NCBI RefSeq assembly: GCF_006345805.1
Contig: NC_042997.1
Coordinates: 1,240,001 to 1,304,000 of the forward strand
Source: Octopus sinensis
Taxonomy: Eukaryota
Direction of reading: 5' to 3'
DNA length: 64,000 nt
This document shows positions 1 through 13,444 of the stretch, piece by piece. Numbering within the stretch: position 1 is the stretch's first letter; each line of letters starts with the position of its first letter. A program made the translations under genes and the position numbers. A model generated the notes under the pieces. It did not search any database, was not told the DNA's origin, and saw only the letters and a program-made list of their open reading frames with translations.

Positions 1-599
1 AAGCAGAATATTCTCCTCTCGAGATATCCTAACTAGTCGGTCATGTGTAGCGGAAACAGAATCATGTCTACGTCTCAGTGCACATTCAGGCATCTGTTTC
101 AGTCGCTTTGCCTCAGTTACATCTGATTCAGTTGCCCGTCTTTCTCTGTGCCGTCGTGCATTTGCTGCTAAATCTGATAATATTCTTTAAATTATGTCTC
201 GTATCAAAGTTATATAGATATTATTAAATTATCATTAATGAAAATAGAGGCGAGTGAGAATGAATGAGAAACTGTTGCAAGTAAAACATAAAATGTTGCC
301 TGCAACGGATTAAGAGTGTTTATTATTAAGCATTAAAATCTATTCGGTAGCGAATGCGATGAATATTTAAATTCATGAAGAACTGGACGCAGTGAATGCA
401 ATGAATATTTAAATTTGCGAGAATGTGAAGTTAAAAAAATTCAAAAAACTTCAGAAATCGAAATTATAGGCAATCTCTAAGTACATGAATTTATAAAAAT
501 ATTTCCAGACGGTCAAGCTTTTAATATTGCTTTCTTTCAGTATTTTTAGTAATTGTTATATACATAATTAAAAAACAGCTTTCTCCATTATAATATAGA
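1..599 (-). mobile_element. Helitron 5' end, continuing off the left edge of the window
   Basis: Minus strand begins A|TCTATATTATAA at 599, matching the Helitron 5'-TC terminus after an A. Minus-strand translation of 1-180 gives RRHRERRATESDVTEAKRLKQMPECALRRRH, similar to the R/E-rich N-terminal repeats of the Helitron ORF at 42.1-42.7 kb. Confidence 0.5.
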
Positions 600-999
600 T
601 ACATGTATACACACACACATGCATACACATGCACATACACACACACACACATATATATAATTTATATGTATGTGCAGATTTATTTTATGAGTATCTGGAA
701 CAGCCGTCATACATTTGATGTTGTTTTTAGTTAAGTGGTATGTGTGTTTCTATGTTCTCACTCAACTGCGGCATATTTAACACAGTTTCAAAAGTATACT
801 ACATAGAACTGGTGAGGAATGGCGGTTATGATATTATATATACATACATATAGACAATTTTGTGTGTATTTATAAATAAATGGCAGTCAAATTTTATAAT
901 ATAGAATATTAAAATCTGTCTGGTAAAGTAATATAATTTCGAATATAATTTGTGATGTTAGGAAGACATATATGCACGAGCTACAAAGGTGCGAATCGG

Positions 1000-1250
1000 T
1001 ACAAAAGATAGCTTAACCTAAAGTGTCATTTCGACTCGTAAGAGCCGCTTTCCTGGCTTCCGTGGCGTATAAATTCCCTGCGTTGACTGGATATCGAGTC
1101 CGCGCAGCATTGCTCATTTTTCTCAGCTCATTGGATTAGATCAACGCGAAATGAAGTGTTGTTTTGTTCAAGAAAACAATGTGTCGTCCGGTCCAGTAAT
1201 CAAAACCACAATCTGATAATCAACCCTCTAACCATTAAGCCACGTCCTTC
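1000..1250 (-). mobile_element. CORE-type tRNA-derived SINE (family E), degraded
   Basis: Reverse complement resembles the copies at 19120, 55093 and 56734: tRNA-like head, then a GTTCTTGAGCAAGACACTT...CACTCAGCTG-like core. Confidence 0.55.
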
Positions 1251-4200
1251 TACTTTAATGAGTGAGAGAGATATAGAGAAAAAGGCATATAGTAAAGAAG
1301 TAATGGTTTTTAAACTAAGAAAGAGAGAATGTGAGATTACTCTGTATGTGAAACTGCTTAAAGATTGAATATAAAATGCTGAAAATACTTTAATATCTCT
1401 TTTCATCACCGAGCAAGACCGAAATTTGTCTTTGCTTTCATTAGTAAAAATGAAAAGATTCGTTTCTCATTGCTGTGTCGTTGTTTTCAACTAAGACACT
1501 CAGCTGATATTACTGATGTTATCCCCCTTGTATGTTTTGTCTTGTAAACACTTGTTATACCTTGTTTAACGACATAGATATCTAAATACAATTAAACGAG
1601 GCTTTGCATGTGGTATATTGATCAATGTAGATCAAGAGTTATAATAGATAAGATATAAGAATAACTTCATACAGTAAAACATCATAGACGGTATGAATTG
1701 AGGAACATTATGGGCTTAGAGGTATGTAGAATTTTTTTTTTCCATTAAAGATGGCCTGAGTAGAAAGAATGGAGGGAAAGTAAATTATGTTAGCAAACGG
1801 GGAAGTTTTAAAAGAAAAAAATCTATTGATTGAGACAAGCTGATGCCTGAAAACCCACTGTTCCTGAAATATTGTGCATTATAGAGCAATTTCTACTCTC
1901 AGTTCTATTGTCTTCAGAAACAATTACTCCGTGAGATTGGTGCTTGGAATTCCGATATCTAAATGCGATTTTCTGTCAAATCATTTGTGGCGGAATTTTG
2001 CATGTTTTCTAAGGTAAACAGCTGTCGATTGTGGTGATTCTATGTTACTTCTTCAATGTAGAGATTTCGAAGTTTGCTTTATACGACGACTCATATTATA
2101 CATTTCCAGAAAAGTATAATATGTTCTTAGCAGTATTGCATAGTGTGACATCACAGGTAGCCTCGGCGACTGAAATTTTTCTCTTAGTCGAATTCTACAA
2201 TTTTATTACCTGATAAAATATGGCTGGTCTCTGTCAACAATGCTATATGTTATTGTAAGGCATGTCAGTTTCATGTCCTTGTGTTTCCCGACAAATTGTT
2301 ACAGAAAAAAAGAAAATGAACCTATGCTTTGAACGAAATGAAAATGTTTACCCAAATAACAGCAAAAAATCTCAGGAAAATATAAACCTCATTAAAAATA
2401 TTCTGGCTATATTGTGCGGTTAAGGTTTTTGTGTGTTTGTGTGTGTGTGTGTGCATGTGTGTGTGAGAAAGAGGGAAAGAGAAGGAGAGAGAAAGAGAAA
2501 AAGAGAGATAGAGAGAAAGAGAAAACGATAGAGATAATTTGTGTGTATTTTTGTTAGCAGAACAATTAGAATATAGTCAATGATAACTGCATACCTAAGA
2601 AGTGTAACTAGTGCAAAGTAACAGCACGGAGCAAATCTTTGTAAAACAAACAAGTATCACAGTAATCTAACACTACCTTCCTTGCTGTTTCGTAGTTGAA
2701 ATGAGATGTACGAATTCCATTTTAAGATGTTTATCTACCACTTCTCATATGATAACGTGATGTTGAAACACCTTCGCATATCAATATCATTTAAAGTTTG
2801 ATGTCTCATAATATATCAACCCTCTTTTAAGACACATATACACTACAGAATCCATGTAATTGGCACGTAACGTTTTTATCGTCATTAACAACATAATACT
2901 TAACGATATGCATTTAGAATTGGATCCCAGCATACTCCATAGAGAATTCTTTGATACAACAATGTGACATTGCAATTAAATGTTAAATCAGTCTCAGAAT
3001 TAATGATATATAAAATATCTCAGTCAATGCTTTTAACGTTGACAATAGTAATTTATTGAAGGAGGCAGTGAATTCAAACAAAGCACATTATGTACTCAAT
3101 TAACAGATGAACTTTGATGTAAAAATGTTAAAATGTTACGTGGAAAGACTTTATTGAAAACGCAAATAGAAATACCATTTACAGATGTTACTGTTTTCAC
3201 TAGCATTTTCAACATTCGTAGGATAGTATGGTAAGTTCCACAAAATCCAAAAATATAGAACGTTTGCATGACTAAATTGCGTGTATAGTTTGTATTTAGA
3301 ATGTAGGAATTAATTCCGTTACAACTTTTGTGAAATTCTGGAAATAGTAATTGGTAAATACAGAATGCGGATTTAGGGACATGTTAAAACGTCGGTGAAT
3401 AAATAAATTATCAGAAACTAGAAGAAATTGAATTATATCCGGGGAAAGTGCTCCATTCTATCCTTTATGTACAGAGGACTGCATTGTTTCACGCTAGAGG
3501 AATAATGAAATTTATGAGATTGATAACAAAATGTTGATTAACTTGCTTTATATATTGTTAATATCACTCTCTATTGCTTAAGCCAAATTATACATTAAGA
3601 TGCAAGAAACTATGCTTTTGCCGCCTTAAATCATTTCCAAACGTAGTAACGTGTATCGAGCGTAAAATAGTGCAATTGTGTATCTGAAATATGCTACTGA
3701 CTGAATTAGCGTAAAATTAAGTGTTCGATAGTACATGCTATTCAGGTACATCACCATTTCGTTTTAATATAGGTGCACGTTTGATTTTTGATGAAAAGCT
3801 ATTCATTTGATTGAGTAAACATGCATAATTTATTAGGAACATGAGCATATCTATAGAACAGATCTAAGTGGACTTAAATCAATAGCATTGGACACGACAC
3901 TAGTTAATGTCACACTACCGTTTGGGTTGCCTATAATCAGTTAGTCTTAGCTAGGGCTAGTAATGCATTCTATATGTAGAATACTTATAAATTACTTGAT
4001 CCTTTGCAATAGAAATAGTAGCAGAAGCGAAATAACTTCAATAGCAATAACAATTACATTTAGGTAATAGTGTAACGTTTGCCAAGGAAGGCCGAAATTA
4101 CATGATCTGGAAGTTCCGGCGTCAGTGGAGGACGATTATCGCCCGCCGGGGATATAATCACGATTACTTTCAAGCATCACAAGTCTCTGTGAGCTGTTTC

Positions 4201-5760
4201 CTCAGAGTGGATAACAGTATTCAGTGTTAACACAACGCCCATGTCAAGTTGGAGATAAACATTATCATTTGGTGTAAATAATGCATCCGTCTCTATTAAT
4301 TGTTGGTTAAATAATATTAGTATACAACATTTTTAGAACACTTTCTGAATTAATCTTCCTCCTTTAAAAGCGTATTCATCACAACGGAAGTGACATTTGC
4401 TCAAATGCAATTAAAAAAGAGAAATATTTCATACATTGTATTAAATTAAGACATTTTATTCAATGTAATTCAATGTTTGAATGTCATTGATATATTCTGA
4501 ACGGGAGATGTCTTAAGACAAGACAAAAATCAACGCAGGTGAATTTACAATAAAACGTAGAAAAATATGAGGATGAATCTCGACATATAAATTTTACGTC
4601 TGGATTAAACGCTTATCACAGGCACCCATAATTGTGTATAATATGTGCATGTTTTCAATGCAAGTGATTCATAAGACTGTGACAGCATATCGTGTGCATG
4701 CATTCATATATAATGAAAAGGGAAAGAAAAGAATCAAGAATGCAATAGAGAAAATAACATATGTTTATTAACGAGTATTTTGTTGTCATGAAAAAAATCA
4801 GTATCGCGAGTGTTCACTGTGCAAAACAATATTGTGCCTCCGCTAAAAACTGCTTGTTCGTTGCTCGTGATGTATAAAATAACACCGATGTTTCAGAGCA
4901 TGTGAGGCCTTTGTCATTTTACCATCGCAGTTCAAGAATACTGTTCGTATAAAAGTGTTTTCCTTCAGCAAAAAATTTAATATAAGTTTGTAATATTATT
5001 TAATAAATTCTTCGCAAAGATCCGTTTTTTCTTTCACTTTTGCTTTCACTTTCACTTTTCACCTTTTCTTTCACTTTCATTCTTCATGTATCCACTGGAA
5101 ATGCCTATATTCATAAATATAGACATCTTCACTGACATTGCAATCTCTCTATGGTTGCTGCTTGAAAATAATCTTCTCCTAGTTACAGAGAAAGTTTCAC
5201 TTATTTACTGTCCGTTTGAGATGAATAGATTAGCATTTATTTTCTTTAGAAACTGTTCCTTTCTTATGAATTTGATATTTGGATTATGCAGACCATATAT
5301 AACACAAAATGCATTGTGCGCAGCATAGTTCAGCGTTGTCGGGGTTAGAATTGTTTTCATGACACAATATGGAATGCGAAAAAGATACATATGAAAGATA
5401 TATGAATAAACCTCAAAGAGAAAGAAATTTGAAGAGTTACATACGTAAGAACTCGCAGAGAAATGCCAGTAATATAAGCAAGGGAGCGCGATTTTAGAGC
5501 AAAGTAAGCGAGCTAGAGAGAGTAAGAGAGAGTGAGAGAAAAAGAGAGAGGTGGAAGAGAGAGAGGGAGGTGAGGGGGAGAAACAAGGGCACTGACAAAC
5601 TGATGCAAAGTAATGAAATTTATAAAAATTCTTATTCCTTTGTCATCCCAGTTTATTATTACCGCACTGTACTCGACTGACGCTTCGCACAGAAGCATAT
5701 ATATGTATATTGACTTCTAACACCAGTACCTAAGCGAAATATTAACATATATATATATAT

Positions 5761-5811
5761 TTATTTTATCTAGTTTCAGCTCACGAGCTGTGGCCATGCT
5801 GGGGCACCGCC
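5761..5811 (-). mobile_element. ~50-bp SINE-tail-like mini-element next to (TA)n
   Basis: Minus strand reads GGCGGTGCCCCAGCATGGCCACAGCTCGTGAGCTGAAACTAGATAAAATAA. Near-identical copies lie at 48699 and 56413. Confidence 0.75.
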
Positions 5812-5814
5812 ATT

Positions 5815-5855
<41 letters not shown>

Positions 5856-7125
5856 CCACACAAATGGACGGATAGATAAATATATAGGCATCTGTTCTGT
5901 TAAATGCTTAACCGAACGCATTTAACTGAACATATTTTGTTATAAACAATTTAGCAGTCTTGTGCCAAGATATGCACATATTGTAGTGATTAAAATGAAA
6001 CAAGAATTACTAACAATAGGAAATGAATTTTCTTTTTTATCTGTGTGCCATTGCATCAAATTTTAGTGAGTTTGTGACGTGAGACAAGATAAGGAAGCGT
6101 TTTTTAAACTCTTATTACATCTATGTTGGACACGGAAAACATGAAATCCAAAAGCATCCATCTTGAGAAAGGATGAATTCACTCTTCTCGGTGGAATAGA
6201 CAGGATTCTTGAAAAGGTTCATTGTTCAACTTTGGAAAATGTTCCGTGCGAATTGTTTTTTTATCTCAATCTAAACATGTGATGAAATATTTAGCTATCT
6301 ATTAGCTGGTACTAGTTGGATAATCTTCTGAAAGCAGCTGTTATTTCTGAACTCTTTGTAATGCTTTATATCAAATGACTGTTGCCTATACTTATAAACG
6401 GGAAGCTGTGTAATAGGGCTTTTGTGTATGTTTGTTCGAATTGCTGGTTTCTTTCATCTTAGTATTTTACCTCCTTTTAATTGTTACAGTGATTAGAATA
6501 AGGTCGAACGAATCGACCACATTACTTATCGTGTTAAACTCAGTACTTATACCACGGGTATTTTTCGCCAAACCGCTAACACACCAACACAAGTGGACAA
6601 GCAGTGACCATGTTTACAAATTTTTCTGGGCAACCTATTTTCCTTAGAATTAGCCACAGAACGTTTCAGTGAACAGTATCGAATGCTTTGCTCAAATCAA
6701 CGAATCAATGTTATAGAGCAAGATTCTGTTCAATGCACTATACTTGTAATTGTCTGACAGTAAAGATACAATTAGCCCCTGGAGGAACGAAAACCACACT
6801 GAGACTCAGACACTATATTTGGAACTATAAATGTATTTAAACGTACTAACGAAATGCGGGCAGGTACCTTTCCAACTACAGACAAAAGCTAAATCCCACG
6901 AAAAGTACCATACAGAGCCTTTGGCCCCAATTTATACAAGGAGACTAAAATGGCATCAATCCAGTCTTGAAGCACTTTCTCAGTTCTCCATCAGTGACAA
7001 ATGAATATATTTAAGGCTTCGAACATTTTGACACTCGATACATATATACATACATACATACATAAATACATACATACATGCATACATACATATATACGTA
7101 CATACATACATGCATATATACGTAC

Positions 7126-7836
7126 AAAGAAATAAGAACCCACAGTATAGTAGACGTCATAGCCACTCATAATAAAAATGAATACTGGTGGAATGTACCA
7201 GTGAAGACCTCAATAAAATGTAAGCACAACAAACATGATATAATGATTTAGGATACAGAAGAGAAACTGTGCACAATTGTGGAAATTATCTGCCTAGCGC
7301 ATGTTAATGTAAAGCTGAATGTCAGTGATAAAGAGAATAACTATGCTGAGTAATTAAGAAATCTGCAGTTACTCTATCCAGATTACAACTTCAGGTTTAT
7401 ACCTGTAATTATTGGGGTCCTGGGATATGTAAAACATTGCCTAAATACCAATCTTGAGAAATTAGGCTTCTTAAAACCAGTAAGGAGGAAGCTAATTCGA
7501 AGACTGAATATTCAATCTATCAATGGAAATGTAAATATCTGTAAAACTTTGCAGAAGTTTTTCATTTAAATATATTTGACCGTGTCTAGATATGCAACTA
7601 TATGCACGAGAGTACATACATGAAACAAACAAATCGGCACATGCATACGTACATACATACATACATACATACATACATACATGCATACATACATACATAC
7701 ATACATACATACATACATACATACATACAATAATACCCTGTTGTTGATGTCGAAATTCAAAGCAGAAGCCTTAGATCTAGGTTAGAAACTGTTACTTTCT
7801 CTATTGGCAAGAACTCTTGAAATAGATTGAATAATG
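7126..7836 (+). mobile_element. R4/Dong-type non-LTR retrotransposon 3' end: restriction-like endonuclease pseudogene at 7126-7569 plus a 3' UTR containing (CATA)n
   Basis: One frame with two internal stops: EYWWNVPVKTSIKCKHNKHDIMI*DTEEKLCTIVEIICLAHVNV...YAE*LRNLQLLYPDYNFRFIPVIIGVLGYV...NICKTLQKFFI*. This fits the PD..D/E-x-K REL domain and its V-P-I-I-G-A-L-G-like motif. Confidence 0.8.
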
Positions 7837-8497
7837 ATATACATACATAAATACATAATTCATATATACATAGAGACGTACGTACGTACATACATACATA
7901 CATACATACATACATACATACATACATACATACATACACATACATACATATATGTATACATCGGTATATCTGTGTACATATAATTTTCACAGATCAGGTT
8001 ACTGCTATAAGTCTGATGTGGGCAAATAAAATGTGGATAGTTAGGATTAACTGCAGCCGTATCATAGAATGCATATTCAGTTCAGTTCTTATAAACAAAC
8101 ACGAAAGCTCACCTAAATCTCCGCAGTTGAGATATTTTCCGTCGTTCACGTTGATTCTGTTTTTTTTTCTTTTTTAAAGATAAAACAATATAACTTGATT
8201 CACGTATGATATTCTATTAACAAAAACCATTCATCCAGTAAATTGATTGTTTTCATTTATTTTAATTGCTTTATAAAGTATATTACTTATTAATTAATGT
8301 ATACCTTTTGTCGTATGGCAATTGTGTTTTCTAATAATATATCTCAAATTTAATACACTGCTAATCACATTTATGAATATATGTTAATAGAAATGCACAT
8401 AAATATGCACTCGGTCATTCACACGACAACAAAGAATCGCCACATTCAAATATCTATATCTATATCTATACATATATACATGCATACATACATATAT

Positions 8498-8499
<2 letters not shown>

Positions 8500-8577
<78 letters not shown>

Positions 8578-8614
8578 TATCTATCTATATATATATATAT
8601 ATATAATATATATA

Positions 8615-8660
<46 letters not shown>
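8500..8660. repeat. (TATC)n followed by (TA)n microsatellite
   Basis: Directly visible. Confidence 0.95.
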
Positions 8661-8662
<2 letters not shown>

Positions 8663-8664
8663 AC

Positions 8665-9870
8665 GTACAAAGAAGAGGAAAACAGGAATAAGTGATGTCA
8701 TTTATAGTGACACACAACCCATGTCAACAGAATATCTTAAACGTTGTCAAAGCAAACCTACCAATCATTGCTGAGAGGTATACGATGGAGAACATCTAAA
8801 TCATAGGTACTTTTATCCACCTGAGTATGAACTTAACGATAGACTATTCCTCTAACCACCCTAATAATAAACTCCCTGTCGTTGATATTGAACGTTGGTT
8901 AAAGATGTCAAAAAAAACAAAAAAACAATACTGATTGTGGCCTTTGCCTCCTATTATATGAAACATAAATTTCAAATATGCTCACCAGGTAAAGTAAAAA
9001 TATAATTATATCCGGATAAGTTATGACAATCAGCAATATATTCCTCTTGTGCAAAACGCTGTGAAATAAAAAAAAACATGCACAGAACTTTAGATTACAC
9101 TGGAATTACTACAAGTAGAACTGAACGTGGAGGATAAAGTCCTCCACATAAAGTTGTATTGACACAATCAGAGAGATAAGATCAGAGTGTTCAGGAAGGA
9201 TAAGAAGTAATATGATATCACAAGGACACCAATGAAACCCACTTTAGACACCGCGTAAACATTGGAACAGACTACAGAAAAGCAAATAGAATAAACAAAG
9301 CGAATAGAATAAATCCACGGTTCAATATGTATAAGTTTCAATTGGTCATTCCGTATGTGGAGATAGCCCACACGTCGAGTAAGGCTCCAAATGATGCTAA
9401 ACTGAACAATAAACTCGTAGAGAAACAAGTAATGCCCATAAGGTCACAATTATGTAAAGCAGCGCTTCGACAAGACCAAATGTACTGATTAGAACTGCAT
9501 TGTACGTATTCTTAATGCTAAAATTTACCGTAAGAGTAGGAGAGTAGTTTCCAATATCAAATGCATGGAGGATGATTGTAAGAACAAGAACACTTTATAT
9601 ATTGGTGGGTGGGGGCTTCCAGGAGTTCCGCTTAGAGGCTAAATGAGACATGGCGTGAGTATAATCACAGGAAACACATGTTGATAATATATCAGCGTGC
9701 CAAAGATCAACATAGTGGCAAGACGAATTAAATTAGAATCGAAATCTTCTCTAACCTCCCCGATCACTCATTCTTGCGGCCGATATGTCTGTTCTATTGA
9801 GTGAGACGTTGTTATTGCTAAACAGAAAATATACTTAACGGGGAACAGAACGACAAAGCCACTGCTACTA
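8665..9870 (+). mobile_element. Decayed Penelope-like element (RT thumb plus GIY-YIG), Neptune/Nematis-like
   Basis: Frameshifted motifs IHLSMNLTIDYSSNHPNNKLPVVDIERW (~8815-8900), LVIPY, KLVEKQ and FDKTKCTD*NCIV...RVVSNIKCMEDDCKNKNTLYIG (cysteine-rich linker followed by a GIY-YIG-like motif). Confidence 0.65.
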
Positions 9871-9893
9871 CCCCTCCTCTATCTCTCTCTGTA

Positions 9894-9959
<66 letters not shown>

Positions 9960-9960
<1 letters not shown>

Positions 9961-10316
9961 GGCAATAAGAAAATGGAGAGTATCAAGAGTATCAAATTTT
10001 ACACATTATATTATGTCTATTTATTTATTTGTTTATTTAATAAAATGAACAATTATAACAATGTACACACATGTATAACATATTATACATTAAATATATA
10101 AAAGTACCATTAATTATTAAAATATATAACGCAGAATATTTATATATATATTTCTTTTAAATAATTAATGGTACTTTTATATATGTAAAGCATAATATGT
10201 TATATATATATATATATGTTTATTGTTATAATTGTGTTTTTAAATCAAATACATAGACATGATGTCTAAAAGTTGATGAAGACCACCTCTTGGTACCCCC
10301 CATTTTATTATTGCCG
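9960..10316. mobile_element. MITE-like foldback element with TA flanks (Tc1/mariner-type)
   Basis: Termini TA|CGGCAATAAGAAAATGG and CCATTTTATTATTGCCG|TA. Internal arms include a perfect 25-bp inverted repeat (10094-10118 vs 10160-10184). Confidence 0.7.
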
Positions 10317-10580
10317 TATAAATTAAGGGTAAAACAAAATTTTACCTTCACCCATTTATTACATTCAGTAGGATAACTGCCACGCAATAAAAAAAATATT
10401 ATGTATTAATAATTGGGTATTCTACCAGTAGTATATTGGATAGATATTATCCCTTAGTTGGTTGGATTCACAACCTCTAAGTCTCTTGGAATATATATAT
10501 ATATATATTTTAAATATTTTTAGTTGTGTATATATATATATATATATAATATATATATAATATATAATATATAATATATA

Positions 10581-10732
10581 CTTCTTTCAGTTTCCGTCTA
10601 CCAAATCCACTCACAAGGCGTGGGTCGATCCGACGCTATAGTAGAAGACACTTGCCCAAGGTTCCACACAGTGGGACTGACCTCAAAACCATGTGGTTGT
10701 AAGCAATCTACTTACCACACAGTCGCTCCTGC
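10581..10732 (-). mobile_element. tRNA-derived SINE family A, 5' half
   Basis: Reverse complement matches the head and body of the full copies at 23723, 26251 and 33611. Confidence 0.8.
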
Positions 10733-12560
10733 AATTAGACATGCTGCATCGATATATATATATATATATATACAGAGATAGAGAGAGAGATGGAGGAAGA
10801 GATATGCACCTCACCCCTAAAACAATAATAATCAAAGTGCATGCTTCACATGCAAGAATTAGCAGCTTAATATCCACAAATGTGATGTCAAACTGAAATG
10901 ACTTCCACCATAAATATTTGCGTTAAGGAGCCACCAGCGGCAAAACAAGAGAACGTTAAAAGTGCAACACATCCAAACTATTGACCCTTACTTTCTGTAA
11001 CGTTACATACTTTGTGATGAAAAAATATCTCGCTGTATGTACTTCATGAAAATATACTATCATCTCTTTTAAACAAGGAAATAAAATAACTAATATAAAA
11101 TTACGAAATAGGCAAAAATATTATATGAACAAATTACATTAGAAAGCACAATAACGGGATCGTTTCTCTTTGGTCTTGATTCCCTCCACAAAAAATTATG
11201 ATGAAATATAAAACTGTTTATATATATAATAAACTGGTTACAATATAAACAAAACCGAAACCATAATAAATAAAATACACAGATAAATAAAAAAATAGAA
11301 ATAAATAAATATATAAGTTTTTTTGTTTAATTTTAAAGATTTTTTTTTATTTATTTTTATTATTACTAGTTTGTTGTTATACATACATACATACAAGCAT
11401 ATGTAATGATAATAATAAGTGGATGTAAACACATGAACAAAATAAGAATAAACAAAAACAACATGAACAAAAACAAATTACATGAACGTATATAAACAGA
11501 AGATACAAATATTACAGGCATCCCCCCACATACACACACTAAATAAACATAGACGCACATAGAGATATGAGCATGCGCAACTGAAGACATACAATAGAAA
11601 TACAAAATGGCTGACGGTTAGTAAGGAGAGACACAAATAAGAAATAAGAAAAGAAAGGACCACTGATGCAGTCACAGGAGTGTGACGAAAGAACTCTGGC
11701 CGAAATAAGATTAAGATTAATGTAAAAAATAAATACCACTGAAGCAAGACAACACCAAATATATAGTGCGTGTGTTTTTATTGGTTAAACTGGCAAAATG
11801 ACCATTCCGAAATATAACAAAAATATAAAATCCATTTCCTTCAATATCAAAGTCTGTAATAGGATTACACTGGAATTACTATTAAGACTGTAGTAACATA
11901 CTCAAAATATATTCACTTCGATCAGAAACTCTTGTTTAGTTTTCTTGAAAATCCTACACTTATTAATAACAGTCGAAATGGCATTAGCTGTCTCAGAATA
12001 TTTCTCCGAATGAATAAAATTTGCTGAGGAATTGCAACAGTATCAATAATATTAGTCTCTCATATACTGTAGATGAGTGTACATCACCCAAGGTAGTCTT
12101 GAAGCGGAGCTTGTGTTGTAGCAAACACAAGATGCCTATATATATAGAAACCCAAGTAGATATAAATGCAACTTAACATACGCATCTGGAACTGAATCTT
12201 GCCATTAAGAGTTCCGATTAATAATATATGAGAATAATTCAATTTGTGGGTCATAAACGTTCGTTGAACGAACTACAAATATGACTTTCTTAGTGAAAGA
12301 TATCACGAGTTACTAAAAAAATAGATAAAAATAAGAGCAACTATTAATCAGTATTGGACGTAGTCAAGGAAATCAGTGTAATATAATAGTGAATTGCATT
12401 AATGCTCAGAGATGCAAATTCGTCGTTAAAATTTCCTAAACATTATTATATCGCTACGACTGTTATTGATGTCATTAATCATTATAATCATTAAAAATAA
12501 ACGCATAGATTAGAGCTATTATATTAATACATAATAGGCCCATTAAAAATGATAAATATA

Positions 12561-12701
12561 TTCTTTTCTACTCTAGACACAAGGCACAAAATGTTGGAGG
12601 AGGGGGGGCAGTCGATTAGATCGACCCCAGTACGCAAGTGGTACTTAATTTATCGACTCCGATAGAACGAAAGGCAAAGTCAACCACGGCGGAATTTGAA
12701 C
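12561..12701 (-). mobile_element. tRNA-derived SINE family C, partial
   Basis: TCGACCCCAGTACGCAAGTGGTACTTAATTTATCGAC...AAAGGCAAAGTC...GGCGGAATTTGAAC, homologous to 58827-59057. Confidence 0.75.
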
Positions 12702-13049
12702 AAATGACAAATATGTTATATACTGTATACGAGGGACACGGACGTACTTCTAGTAGGTCTGGTACCTGGGTTTCTATTAAAAGCAGATATAGAACATTCT
12801 TCAGCCAATGAAAAATATTAAGGAATATTTTAGGAATAAAAAAACAAAAAAACTATATATATATATAATATATATATATAAAGCAAACACCACACATTGT
12901 GTGAAATCTCATCCCAAAGGTTAGTGTCATTCGACTTTCCGAAAAGGTTCTTTTCTCAATCTTAACTCTTTGAGAAAAAAAAAAGACTTCTCTCCAAATA
13001 TTATAACTGTATCAAGAAATTTCCAAAACACTCTAAATATACATACATA

Positions 13050-13133
<84 letters not shown>

Positions 13134-13275
13134 TATATATGTATGTATGTATGTTTGTGTGTGTATACATATAGACATATAGATAGATATGTGTGTATCT
13201 ATCTCTCTATCTATTTATACACAAACACACGCACACTCACATATATATATATATGTATATATGTTTTATATATAT

Positions 13276-13310
<35 letters not shown>

Positions 13311-13366
13311 ACATCATAAACTGTTGGCCTTTAAGTCATTAGAATAATCATCATGTCAAACCGTTT

Positions 13367-13444
13367 GGCTTCTGAGGAAGCTAAGTGCTTGTGAAATTCT
13401 ATTTCTAATATTTCCACTTGATATTTTAATCGCGGCTGTAAGCC
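13367..13444 (+). ncRNA. Decayed minimal type I hammerhead ribozyme candidate
   Basis: GGCT-T-CTGAGGA-A-GCTAAGTGCTTGT-GAAA...CGGCTGTA-AGCC. Core halves are present and GGCT pairs with AGCC after GUA, but about 35 nt of extra sequence disrupts stem III. Confidence 0.35.

Noticed and set aside
4150-4215. Minus-strand CUGAGGA...stem...GAAA resembling a hammerhead
   Set aside because: Stem II and a partial stem III can be drawn, but no stem I pairs in type I or type III topology.
9960-10500. AT-rich hairpin resembling a mitochondrial control region (numt)
   Set aside because: No adjacent mitochondrial genes or tRNAs. Terminal inverted repeats with TA flanks fit a MITE better.
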